64,000 nt of DNA from a virus (taxonomy: Duplodnaviria > Caudoviricetes): the IMG/VR virus record IMGVR_UViG_3300037722_000745, positions 192,001 to 256,000 of that record; one strand, given 5' to 3'. The notes below the pieces were generated by a model. The model saw only the letters and a program-made list of their open reading frames with translations, searched no databases and was not told the origin of the DNA. Numbering within the stretch: position 1 is the first letter of the stretch; each line of letters begins with the position of its first letter. Shown here piece after piece: positions 51,259-58,715 of this stretch. The position numbers and the translations under genes were made by a program.

Positions 51259-51341
51259 TGCGAACGAGAGGAGTCGAACCTCCACGACCTCGCGATCAGC
51301 TGGGTTTGAGCCAGCCGCGTCTGCCATTCCGCCACGTTCGC
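51259..51341 (-). tRNA. tRNA-Leu(CAA)
   Basis: Class II cloverleaf. Confidence 0.9.
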
Positions 51342-51355
51342 GTGAGCACTACTCA

Positions 51356-51391
51356 GTCTCGCTCTTAGGGGAGGCGAGCTTCCTTTGATCC
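51356..51391 (-). repeat. Solitary family-2 repeat variant
   Basis: gtctcgctcttaggggaggcgagcttcctttgatcc; stem CTCGC/GCGAG. Confidence 0.78.
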
Positions 51392-51438
51392 CATACAGGA
51401 AATCCTTCTTGCAAGCTACGGTGCTGGAGACAGGAGTC

Positions 51439-51545
51439 GTCTCGCCGCAGCGAGCAATGAGTGTATGACTACACCAAGCCAACAAGCGCTGATGGAAGCA
51501 GGCCAGTTGCGTGACTACGTGGTGGACCTGTCGGGAGTTGAACCC
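51439..51545 (-). repeat. 107-bp duplication (copy B) ending in a 20-nt Cas12j-family half repeat
   Basis: See copy A. Confidence 0.9.
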
Positions 51546-51591
51546 GCAAACTCTCCTTGCAAGGGAGAGCCCTGACCCGTCAGACAAGCCC
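51520..51591 (-). tRNA. tRNA-Ala(TGC)
   Basis: G3:U70, CCA, atypical D arm. Confidence 0.75.
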
Positions 51592-51596
51592 ATTTA

Positions 51597-51676
51597 GGTC
51601 CGAGGCGAATTGTCGACTCCGCGTCTCCAGCTTCCGTACGCAATAGCTGGCGCTCTAACACTGAGCTACTCGAACC
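51597..51676 (-). other. tRNA-like element with 12-nt anticodon loop and degenerate T loop
   Basis: Acceptor GGTTCGAG/CTCGGACC; stem CCAGCT/AGCTGG around ATTGCGTACGGA. Confidence 0.5.
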
Positions 51677-51678
51677 AG

Positions 51679-51750
51679 CGGAGCCGAGGGGACTCGAACC
51701 CCCCTCACTGGCGTGACAAGCCAGCCGCCTCACCCGATGCGTACGGCTCC
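51679..51750 (-). tRNA. tRNA-Asp(GTC)
   Basis: Cloverleaf, G73. Confidence 0.85.
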
Positions 51751-51754
51751 GTAA

Positions 51755-52009
51755 GTCCCACTCTTGATGGAGGTGGGCTTCCGTTGTGACCGTGCGGATT
51801 TCGGAGATGACGCTGAAGCCGTCATCGGTCCCACTCTTGATGGAGGTGGGCTTCCGTTGTGACTTCGCTCCGATCGCAATCCCGCAGGATCGCGACCAGC
51901 CGTCCCACTCTTGATGGAGGTGGGCTTCCGTTGCTGCCAGGCAGGACGGCTCGAAGTGGCTAAGATGATGTTGGTCCCACTCTTGATGGAGGTGGGCTTC
52001 CGTTGCTGC
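51755..52009 (-). CRISPR. Second CRISPR array (family 2): 4 repeats, 3 spacers (36-38 nt), no adjacent cas gene
   Basis: 36-nt repeat GTCAC/GCAGC-AACGGAAGCCCACCTCCATCAAGAGTGGGAC; leader-like region 52010-52160. Confidence 0.95.
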
Positions 52010-52356
52010 AGTGCGCTCAAAAAGACCTAAAATTTCCAAAGAGCTGAGAGCCGGATTGCGAGAGCCTCTGCAAACTCCCGCTAAATCCGACTCCATGGAG
52101 AGTACTACACTGTTCACAGAGAGCGCAAGACCCTAAATTCATTGTCTTGCGAGCGATCCCCGGGCTCCAGGCGTCACCGAGGCTCTCGCGTTCCGATGCC
52201 GTCCAACAAGGAAACTCCACGTCCCGGCGAAGAGTTGAGAGCATGGGCAGTACCGTGCCCACAAGGGCCAGTCCTCTCGCTCAACCCCGCGAAGTCGAGC
52301 TGTTTCAGGAATGTGACACGGGTTTTGGTTGATGCTGGCCAAACATGACTACCCAG

Positions 52357-52432
52357 TGGAGCCGGCGGGGATCGAACCCGCCGCAAAGCCGCATTGCAAG
52401 TGCAGCTCGCCCCCGCCAACCGATACGGCTGA
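52357..52432 (-). pseudogene. Degenerate tRNA-Ala(TGC)
   Basis: T arm and anticodon intact, 5' end eroded. Confidence 0.55.
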
Positions 52433-52440
52433 GGGGTATC

Positions 52441-52833
52441 TCACCGAAGAGATGACGGCTCATAAAGTGTCAATAGCTCCTTTGCCCAATCTACGAGGTC
52501 CGACACCCTCGCGCCGGTAGGTTGCGGACTTCGCCACAACTCCAGGTTGCACGGTCTGTTGTCGTCCCTAACCCCGTTCTTGTGGTGTACCGTCTCACCC
52601 GGCAAGAGATAGCGGCCAAGGACTTCCTCCATCACAAGGATGTGCTCAAACACGTACGGACCGCTTGTAGCCCTAGGGTGCAGCGGAACTCGCCGCATCA
52701 CGTATCGAATCGGATCGCCGCACCCAAGGCAGGGTACCTTTGGGAGAGATCGCCGCCGACACATCGGGCATTTCCGATGTCTGCTACTTGGTGTGAAAAG
52801 TCTGCAACACGAGCTACAAGTTTTGACAGCCAT
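52441..52833 (-). CDS. HNH homing endonuclease
   Basis: YVFEHILVMEEVLGRYL..VHHKNGVRDDNRPCNLELW. Confidence 0.85.
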   Translation of the reverse strand: MAVKTCSSCCRLFTPSSRHRKCPMCRRRSLPKVPCLGCGDPIRYVMRRVPLHPRATSGPYVFEHILVMEEVLGRYLLPGETVHHKNGVRDDNRPCNLELWRSPQPTGARVSDLVDWAKELLTLYEPSSLR

Positions 52834-52896
52834 TAGTCACCGAGACAGTCTCGGCGTGCAGGGTACACCACGTGCAGGTTGCCATCTTCGTACCCT

Positions 52897-53295
52897 TGGA
52901 CTCGGTGGGAATCGAACCCACGTCCTAGAAAGCTATCGAACAGCGTCTACGTGCGTAGCGTGACTTCGGACTCGGTTAAGGTCGTGCCCATGCCTCACGC
53001 CGGCTTCCACCTGGGGCGTGACTGGTTTTCCAGTCTTGCCTCCACCACCGATCTAGCGACCTAAGGTCTTGCGACCCGTTTCCCACAGCCAATCGGACTC
53101 TGTGGTGCAGCCCTGCGTTTACTTACGCCGCTCGAAATCGAAGCAGGGAATCTACCCCGAGCGACGGCTCAGGCAGCCTGAGCAAAGCCGTTATAGTTGG
53201 CTTTTCTTGTTTGGTCGGCTTGATAACCCGGCCTGCTGACCAACCGGGGCACGCTGCTGCTCGAATTACCTCCCAGTCGAAACCTTTACGAGCCC
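52897..53295 (-). ncRNA. ssrA: tmRNA
   Basis: GGGCTCG/CGAGTCC-A with G3:U70, GGTTTCGAC 5' motif, T arm; tag frame ends ANYNGFAQAA-stop. Confidence 0.92.
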
Positions 53296-53322
53296 TAAAT
53301 CTGTCATCGCATACACCAAAAG

Positions 53323-53399
53323 TCTGGAGCCCCTTCCCGGAATCGAACCGAGTTATCTGGTTTACAAGACCAGCGCATCACCAACTATGCTTAAGGGGC
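53323..53399 (-). tRNA. tRNA-Thr(TGT)
   Basis: Cloverleaf, CCA. Confidence 0.9.
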
Positions 53400-53625
53400 T
53401 TAGCTACGCCAGCAGAAAACGCTAGAGTTCTCACACCGGTCCGCACTCTAGCAGCGGCCCTACATACCCCGGGCCGCCAGCCTAGCTTGGCAGCCCACCA
53501 GGGGCCTGGTGTCAGGCGGGACGCCGTCCGAATACCTCAGAGCTTTTGACCGGGCTAGAGAGCCCAAGATGAGGGTCATCGTTCAGCATCGACCGGTGGA
53601 GAAAATGGTAGCGACGGAGGGAGTC

Positions 53626-53647
53626 GTCTCGCCTCAGCGAGCAATCA
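53626..53647 (-). repeat. Solitary Cas12j-family repeat (3' 22 nt) fused to a tRNA 3' end
   Basis: gtctcgcctcagcgagcaatca; followed on the minus strand by GACTCCCTCCGTCGCTACCA. Confidence 0.88.
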
Positions 53648-53683
53648 AGTTGGCGGCCACCGCCAAAAGCCCCGTAAAGTTTA

Positions 53684-53828
53684 GCCCGCGTTCGAGATGA
53701 GCGACCTGGTTAGCGATTGCTTGTTTTCCGAACAAGTGCGTTTGCCAGTTACGCCACAAAGGCCGGACGGCCTTCGACGGGACTCGAACCCGCATATGCA
53801 TGTAAGATCGTTCTGGCGGAACGCGAGC
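53684..53828 (-). ncRNA. Circularly permuted tRNA-like RNA (YrlA-like Y RNA candidate)
   Basis: Terminal helix GCTCGCGTTC/GAACGCGGGC enclosing T arm, loop-closed acceptor stem, D arm and anticodon-like arm. Confidence 0.7.
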
Positions 53829-53961
53829 TGGTGGGGAGTCTTGGAGTCGAACCAAGTTTGCTTGTAAGCGCCGCTGGCGGCTCCCTTGCGGGAGCGAGAG
53901 GCAGTGCTGGAGTATCGCTTTCGATTTACCGTCGAAATAGAGGCCAACCCTCCTACTCCCC
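53829..53961 (-). ncRNA. Tyr-like tRNA with about 60-nt variable-region insert (Y-RNA-like family, copy 2)
   Basis: GGGGAGT/ACTCCCC-ACCA, loop CG-GTA-AA, insert with GCAA hairpin, CGCCAG and CTTACAAGC. Confidence 0.65.
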
Positions 53962-54068
53962 AGATGCCGGTGCTCACCACACCACCGTCGTCAACGCAAG
54001 GGACCGGCGCCCCTGTGAAGCTCTCTGGCGATGATGCAGTACCCTCTCTAATACACCAAAGAAGGCGG

Positions 54069-54140
54069 AGCAGGTAGAGGGAATCGAACCCTCGCCTCCA
54101 GCTTGGCAAGCTGGCATCCTACCGACTGGACGATACCTGC
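54069..54140 (-). tRNA. tRNA-Gly(GCC)
   Basis: Cloverleaf. Confidence 0.9.
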
Positions 54141-54141
54141 A

Positions 54142-54216
54142 TGGTCGGGGTGGCGGGAGTCGAACCCGCGACCTTCTGTCCCCCAGACAGACGCCCTTCC
54201 ACTGAGCTACACCCCG
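54142..54216 (-). tRNA. tRNA-Pro(GGG)
   Basis: Cloverleaf, CCA. Confidence 0.9.
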
Positions 54217-54236
54217 TTGTTTGGTTGCGGGAGCCG

Positions 54237-54264
54237 GTCTCGCTCTTTCAGGTGGCGAGCTACC
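54237..54264 (-). repeat. Degenerate solitary family-2 repeat between duplicated tRNA-fMet 3' ends
   Basis: 24/28 to the 54941 variant; 14-bp direct repeat at 54224-54237 and 54281-54294. Confidence 0.72.
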
Positions 54265-54281
54265 ACGGTTTTTCAAACCAG

Positions 54282-54353
54282 TTGCGGGAGCCGGAATCGA
54301 ACCGACGAGGCTTGGGTTATGAGCCCGAGTTGAGGGCCAACACTCTTCCCGCG
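54282..54353 (-). tRNA. Initiator tRNA-fMet(CAT)
   Basis: C1xA72 mismatch, GGG/CCC anticodon stem. Confidence 0.85.
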
Positions 54354-54354
54354 G

Positions 54355-54427
54355 TGGCCAGAGAGGGAATCGAACCCCCGACGCCTTCATCTTCAGCGAA
54401 GCGCTCTACCAACTGAGCTATCTGGCC
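54355..54427 (-). tRNA. tRNA-Phe(GAA)
   Basis: Cloverleaf. Confidence 0.9.
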
Positions 54428-54431
54428 GTTG

Positions 54432-54472
54432 TGGTGGGTCCTCTCGGGATCGAACCGAGTTCTCCGATTTTT
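54432..54472 (-). pseudogene. tRNA 3' half (from the anticodon loop to CCA) fused to a repeat
   Basis: AAAAATCGG-AGAA-CTCGG-TTCGATC-CCGAG-AGGACCC-ACCA. Confidence 0.75.
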
Positions 54473-54508
54473 GTCTCACTCTTGTAGGGGGTGAGCTTCC
54501 CTTACTCC
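54473..54508 (-). repeat. Solitary family-2 repeat variant
   Basis: gtctcactcttgtagggggtgagcttccctt; stem CTCAC/GTGAG. Confidence 0.78.
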
Positions 54509-54535
54509 CCACTGGCCTACTAGCCAACCACTCAG

Positions 54536-54607
54536 TGCTCCTACGGGGAATCGAACCCCGGCCGCCGGGGTGAAAACCCAGCATCCTGACCACTAGACGA
54601 TAGGAGC
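54536..54607 (-). tRNA. tRNA-Glu(TTC)
   Basis: Cloverleaf. Confidence 0.88.
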
Positions 54608-54609
54608 GT

Positions 54610-54685
54610 TGGCGTCCCTACAGAGATTTGAACTCTGGTTTCCAGATTGAGAATCTGGCGTCCTGGCCGACTAGACGATAGGGAC
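54610..54685 (-). tRNA. tRNA-Glu(CTC)
   Basis: Cloverleaf, CCA. Confidence 0.9.
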
Positions 54686-54686
54686 G

Positions 54687-54762
54687 TGGAGCCCGCGATC
54701 GGGATCGAACCGACTACCTCCTGCGTACGAAGCAGGCGCCCTACCTTCAGGGCCTCACGGGC
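54687..54762 (-). tRNA. tRNA-Thr(CGT)
   Basis: Cloverleaf, CCA. Confidence 0.88.
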
Positions 54763-54826
54763 AAAGCGTGGCGAGCCTTCGGGGCCTCTTACACAGATCG
54801 CCGTACAGACGATGCGACCACACTAG

Positions 54827-54895
54827 CAGGCCGGCAGGGAATCGAACCCTGTCCTACGGATTTGGAGTCCGTTTGGCTTCCTTAGCCCCCGACCT
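54827..54895 (-). tRNA. tRNA-Trp(CCA)
   Basis: Compact cloverleaf. Confidence 0.8.
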
Positions 54896-54940
54896 AGATT
54901 TATCTCGCTCTTCCGCCAGCCAAGGCATACACGCATTGCT

Positions 54941-54976
54941 GTCTCGCTCTTGAAGGAGGCGAGCTTCCTTTGCGAG
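54941..54976 (-). repeat. Solitary family-2 repeat variant
   Basis: gtctcgctcttgaaggaggcgagcttcctttgcgag, nearly identical to the copy inside the E2-like gene. Confidence 0.85.
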
Positions 54977-55008
54977 AGTCCTGCCACACCGTCTGATTAA
55001 ACGCCTCT

Positions 55009-55084
55009 TGGCTCCAGGGGAGGGACTCGAACCCCCATCTTTCCGGTTAACAGCCGGACGCATTACCATTAGTGCTACCCTGGA
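55009..55084 (-). tRNA. tRNA-Asn(GTT)
   Basis: Cloverleaf, CCA. Confidence 0.9.
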
Positions 55085-55310
55085 ATATGACAGGTGGGGA
55101 CCCCGAAGCCTTAGGAGCCGCAAGGCCCCCACCATCGGCGAGATGATCCCCGCTACAGAGCCGCTCCCCGAAGGTCGCGGGTACCGCGTGCGAGGCTACA
55201 TTCGCCGCACCGAATTCCTATTCAGTTGTCATAGAGCTGTAGGTGCTTCCACGGGACCTGTGTCCCGAAGTGCTTTCGCCCCCTCCATTGGAGGCGCTCT
55301 TTCGCACCAG

Positions 55311-55382
55311 TGGGTGGCATGGGAATCGAACCCACCTGTGCCTGATTAAGAGTCAGGTGCATCGCCTTGATGCTAACCACCC
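55311..55382 (-). tRNA. tRNA-Lys(CTT)
   Basis: Cloverleaf. Confidence 0.88.
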
Positions 55383-55588
55383 GCTGTCTTCGCCTGGATG
55401 AGAGCCAACAGCTCGTCGAGCAACTCATCGTCCGCGTAGAGAAGTCGGACTAGGATCTGTTTCTGTGTCACCTTGCCTTTCGCGTCCTTCGTGTGGCGGA
55501 CCACGCAGCCGTTGTCGAAGTAGACCACCTGCTCGGTGAGTCGATCTTCATCCGCGTTGTCCAGTCGTCGTTCGTTCAGAACCCTCAT
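55373..55588 (-). CDS. Hypothetical protein
   Basis: 71-aa ORF between tRNAs. Confidence 0.5.
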   Translation of the reverse strand: MRVLNERRLDNADEDRLTEQVVYFDNGCVVRHTKDAKGKVTQKQILVRLLYADDELLDELLALIQAKTAGG

Positions 55589-55595
55589 GCGTCGT

Positions 55596-55672
55596 TGGTG
55601 GGGCCGACAGGAATCGAACCTGCAACCGTCGAGTTAAAAGCTCGCTGCTCTGCCTGGTTGAGCTACGGCCCC
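55596..55672 (-). tRNA. tRNA-Lys(TTT)
   Basis: Cloverleaf, CCA. Confidence 0.9.
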
Positions 55673-55747
55673 AGAAGGGTCTTCGGAGTCGTAGCTACGT
55701 TTGAGTCGAGAAGTCATCGTTCGCTTACATTCATCGTTCGCTGACTT

Positions 55748-55829
55748 TGGTGGGAGTGGAGGGAATCGAACCCCCTGCGCCTTTCGACAACCGGTTTACA
55801 GCCAGTCTCCCGTCCATCGGGTCACTCCC
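55748..55829 (-). tRNA. tRNA-Tyr(GTA)
   Basis: Class II cloverleaf, CCA. Confidence 0.88.
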
Positions 55830-55917
55830 ATGAGTTGGTTGGAGAGTGAGCCTCGATAGCTTTCGTGGATGGGCTTTGTACGTGGGCTGATCATGTGAAA
55901 TCCTTGGTCCAGAAACG

Positions 55918-55948
55918 AAAAAAGCCACCTGGGTTTTCCCTAGGCGGC
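55918..55948 (-). terminator. Intrinsic terminator or attenuator hairpin upstream of the tRNA cluster
   Basis: GCCGCCTAGG-GAAAAC-CCAGGTGGC-TTTTTT. Confidence 0.6.
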
Positions 55949-56331
55949 CTTCGTCATGCACAGAGTGTGAGTCAACGAGAGTCCGCCTAAGTATCCGCCT
56001 CCGGGTTCTGATTGCGGCGCGTAAACGCGGAGGCTTCGACATGGGTCGTAGGCTTAATGGCGCCTGCATAACCGAGTCTCCCAAAGCCCAGTCCCAGGAC
56101 ACGCCACGACCCCGACAAGGCTTTGCCTTGCTCGAAGCGTGCTGGTGTTGAAGTCCGGGACATCATGTCGATCACTCTGGTTTGGACTGTCGTTCTTTGG
56201 GGCCGTTGTCGGTGGGTTATGAACCCAACACGAGCTGACCGTTCTACCTTCCTACGGTCTACAAGAGGAAAGTGCAACCGTCCTCGCGTCGAATTCGGAT
56301 CTTTTTCTCCGAACCTCGAGAACTCAACCAC

Positions 56332-56941
56332 TTACGGTGTGATGCCTACTTGAAGGTATGTGAGGGTACCGAGAAAATCTGGGTTGCCTTCACCAAACCC
56401 AGAGCGAAGCGTGTTGAGTCGGTCTGCCAACCACCCAAAAGTGGGATCTGCATCCCACGTGCCCGGGTAAGATACCCCCTTGAAGTCCGTGAAGCGGATG
56501 TACTCCCCGCTAGCAACCGGAGCTGTCGAGTCCCACGCCAGACGGATCTGCAAACGCGTCCCCTCCGCGATGGCATCCCCTGAGCCCGCCAACGAGTTGA
56601 CCGCCGTACTACCTCCGGTGCTGTTGAAGATAGCACACTCGGGCCGGTTGGAGTCGTCCATGTCGATCCGGATCTTGCCTCCATTGCCGACCAACTCCAT
56701 CACCGTGCTCCCCGCCCCCAACGCTGGGGCGACAACCTCAACCTCGATAATTCCTCGGATCCCAGGATGATCGATCGCAGTAGCGCCTACTCGCCTAGTT
56801 GTCACCAACAACCCCGGAAGCGACCTGAAGGTGGTCCCTGGAGGGGTGTTCAGGCTGTTAGACCCAGAACTAACGAGTGCTGGATCCATCACTAGGCCCG
56901 TCGGGTAGAGAATGTGGGAGTGGTCGGGGATGTTTGGCATA
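56332..56941 (-). CDS. Hypothetical beta-rich protein (possibly structural)
   Basis: ORF from MPNIPDH. Confidence 0.55.
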
Positions 56942-57018
56942 ATCGGCTGAGCCTCGTAATTAGGAGCAAGACGGTATACCAAGCCATCCTCAAAAGTTCT
57001 TTTGCTATCGCGTAGGCA

Positions 57019-57636
57019 ATGGGACCAATATCCGCCGACGTGCAACGGATGCTGCGCCAAGCCTCCGAGAAGACCGCCACGCAGCCTTTCGTCTGCGAAG
57101 TTTTCGAAGATCCTCAGTGGAATAGCTTCGTCGAGCTGTGGGCACCTAGGATCTACACCTTCATCCGTGAAGCCCTAGGCAGTTATGCCACCGAGCCTCG
57201 TCCAACCATCATCCCCCTAGACGCCGGATTTCACATAGCCGGAGCCAACGCGAGCTTCAACATCGTGACCGGCCAGATCCAGCTCACCCCCGCCATGGCC
57301 GGCAACCCCGGAGTCATTCTAGAGAAACTCACCCACGAGATGGTTCATGGGTCGCTAGCGGCATTCCCAGAAGGTGACCCCTTCTATGAAGAGGGTATGG
57401 CTGCGGACTACGGCACCTGGATCTTAGCTCACGCTCCCGTCTGGGAGCCATACCGTGACATGATGATCAAAGCCGCCGCCGACAACATCCGCAACCGTCG
57501 AGATCGAGCCATGGCGACGGACTCCGACTACGATCGTAAAAGGTGGGCCGGAGGCGTCTACGCAATGACAGCGTTCGGGCCCCACCTCATCACCCGGCTG
57601 AGACAGAAGAAAGAGTGTGGTGATCTGACATGGTGA
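57019..57636 (+). CDS. Putative zincin-like metallopeptidase
   Basis: LTHEMVH (HExxH) followed by YEEG. Confidence 0.65.
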   Translation: MGPISADVQRMLRQASEKTATQPFVCEVFEDPQWNSFVELWAPRIYTFIREALGSYATEPRPTIIPLDAGFHIAGANASFNIVTGQIQLTPAMAGNPGVILEKLTHEMVHGSLAAFPEGDPFYEEGMAADYGTWILAHAPVWEPYRDMMIKAAADNIRNRRDRAMATDSDYDRKRWAGGVYAMTAFGPHLITRLRQKKECGDLTW

Positions 57637-57834
57637 TCTGTCACTTGCGGCCTCTATTAGCCTTGAGGCGCTCGAGCTTCGCAATCGACCGACGTAGCCA
57701 TCGCGGTGGAGTGTTCCCACTCTTGGCAATAGCTTTGAGGGTCTCCTCATACTCTCTCCGACTGTTGCAGCCGTAGGAACGATCCCGATTGTCCATGTGT
57801 AGGCCGTTAAATTTCGATAAGATACCCTTGCTCA

Positions 57835-58188
57835 TCACAACACCTTCCCGATCCAGGATTGCTTGTACGCCCAGTAGTCACACAAGGCTCTGTAGCCGTC
57901 CTCCGTGCAAGGATCGGACAGCGATCCAACCTCCTCCTTGTCGATAAACCGCAACACCCAGTACATCATCGCAGCCACCGGATCACCACGTTCTTCGTAC
58001 GCTCGGGTCCGTTCAACACAGAACTGATACCACCAGCGTGGGTTCGGTGACGGGACAAACGGCTCACGAGGCTCAACCTCTGGCTCAGATTTGGTTGTAC
58101 GCCATCGATCCTCGTCCCGAGAGCGACGCCTCTTGCGCTTCCTCTTCGCGACCTTGCGCTGCTGCCAGCGCTCTGCCCAAGTGCTCAT
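57835..58188 (-). CDS. Hypothetical protein
   Basis: 117-aa ORF. Confidence 0.5.
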   Translation of the reverse strand: MSTWAERWQQRKVAKRKRKRRRSRDEDRWRTTKSEPEVEPREPFVPSPNPRWWYQFCVERTRAYEERGDPVAAMMYWVLRFIDKEEVGSLSDPCTEDGYRALCDYWAYKQSWIGKVL

Positions 58189-58715
58189 TCGCCCTCCAAC
58201 ATCGCCGCCAACTCCAAACTGTCCCGAAACACGGGCTCACCTCCATCTGGAAGCTCCTCCAGAGTCGACAACAAAGCCCTCCACTGGCCTTTGGGTGGTT
58301 CGAAGGCTAAAAGCCCCTTCTCAACCACCCACCCTCGAATCTCGGGTAACGTAACCTTTGCCAAAAGATACGCAAGCTTCCTAAGATCGACAACATGCCC
58401 GAGCAAAACACCCTGATGTTCATAGTCAACATCACCAAGAGGAATCAACTTCGATGGTGCTTCCCCAGCCCACTCTTTCAAATCCTCAACCACGAACACC
58501 TTTGGCTCAGAAGGTGGACCCGTCAACAAGTCCTCCAGGCGCGATTTTGGGTACCCTTTCCCCTGCTTAGGACCCGCCGCCTTCACCCCAAACAGGATAT
58601 AGCTGTCTGTCGCCACTGACCACGTAATCCGTTCAATCTTAATAGAGAACGGGGCCGCGTGCCAAGGTTTGGACCCGGACGCAAATCGCATGAGCTGTGA
58701 GAGCAAAACACTCAT
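58185..58715 (-). CDS. Hypothetical protein
   Basis: 176-aa ORF. Confidence 0.5.
   Translation of the reverse strand: MSVLLSQLMRFASGSKPWHAAPFSIKIERITWSVATDSYILFGVKAAGPKQGKGYPKSRLEDLLTGPPSEPKVFVVEDLKEWAGEAPSKLIPLGDVDYEHQGVLLGHVVDLRKLAYLLAKVTLPEIRGWVVEKGLLAFEPPKGQWRALLSTLEELPDGGEPVFRDSLELAAMLEGE

Noticed and set aside
55140-55310. GGCGAATG segment suggesting an HDV-like (theta) ribozyme after a tRNA
   Set aside because: Could not build the P1/P3/P1.1 pairings by eye; needs a covariance search.
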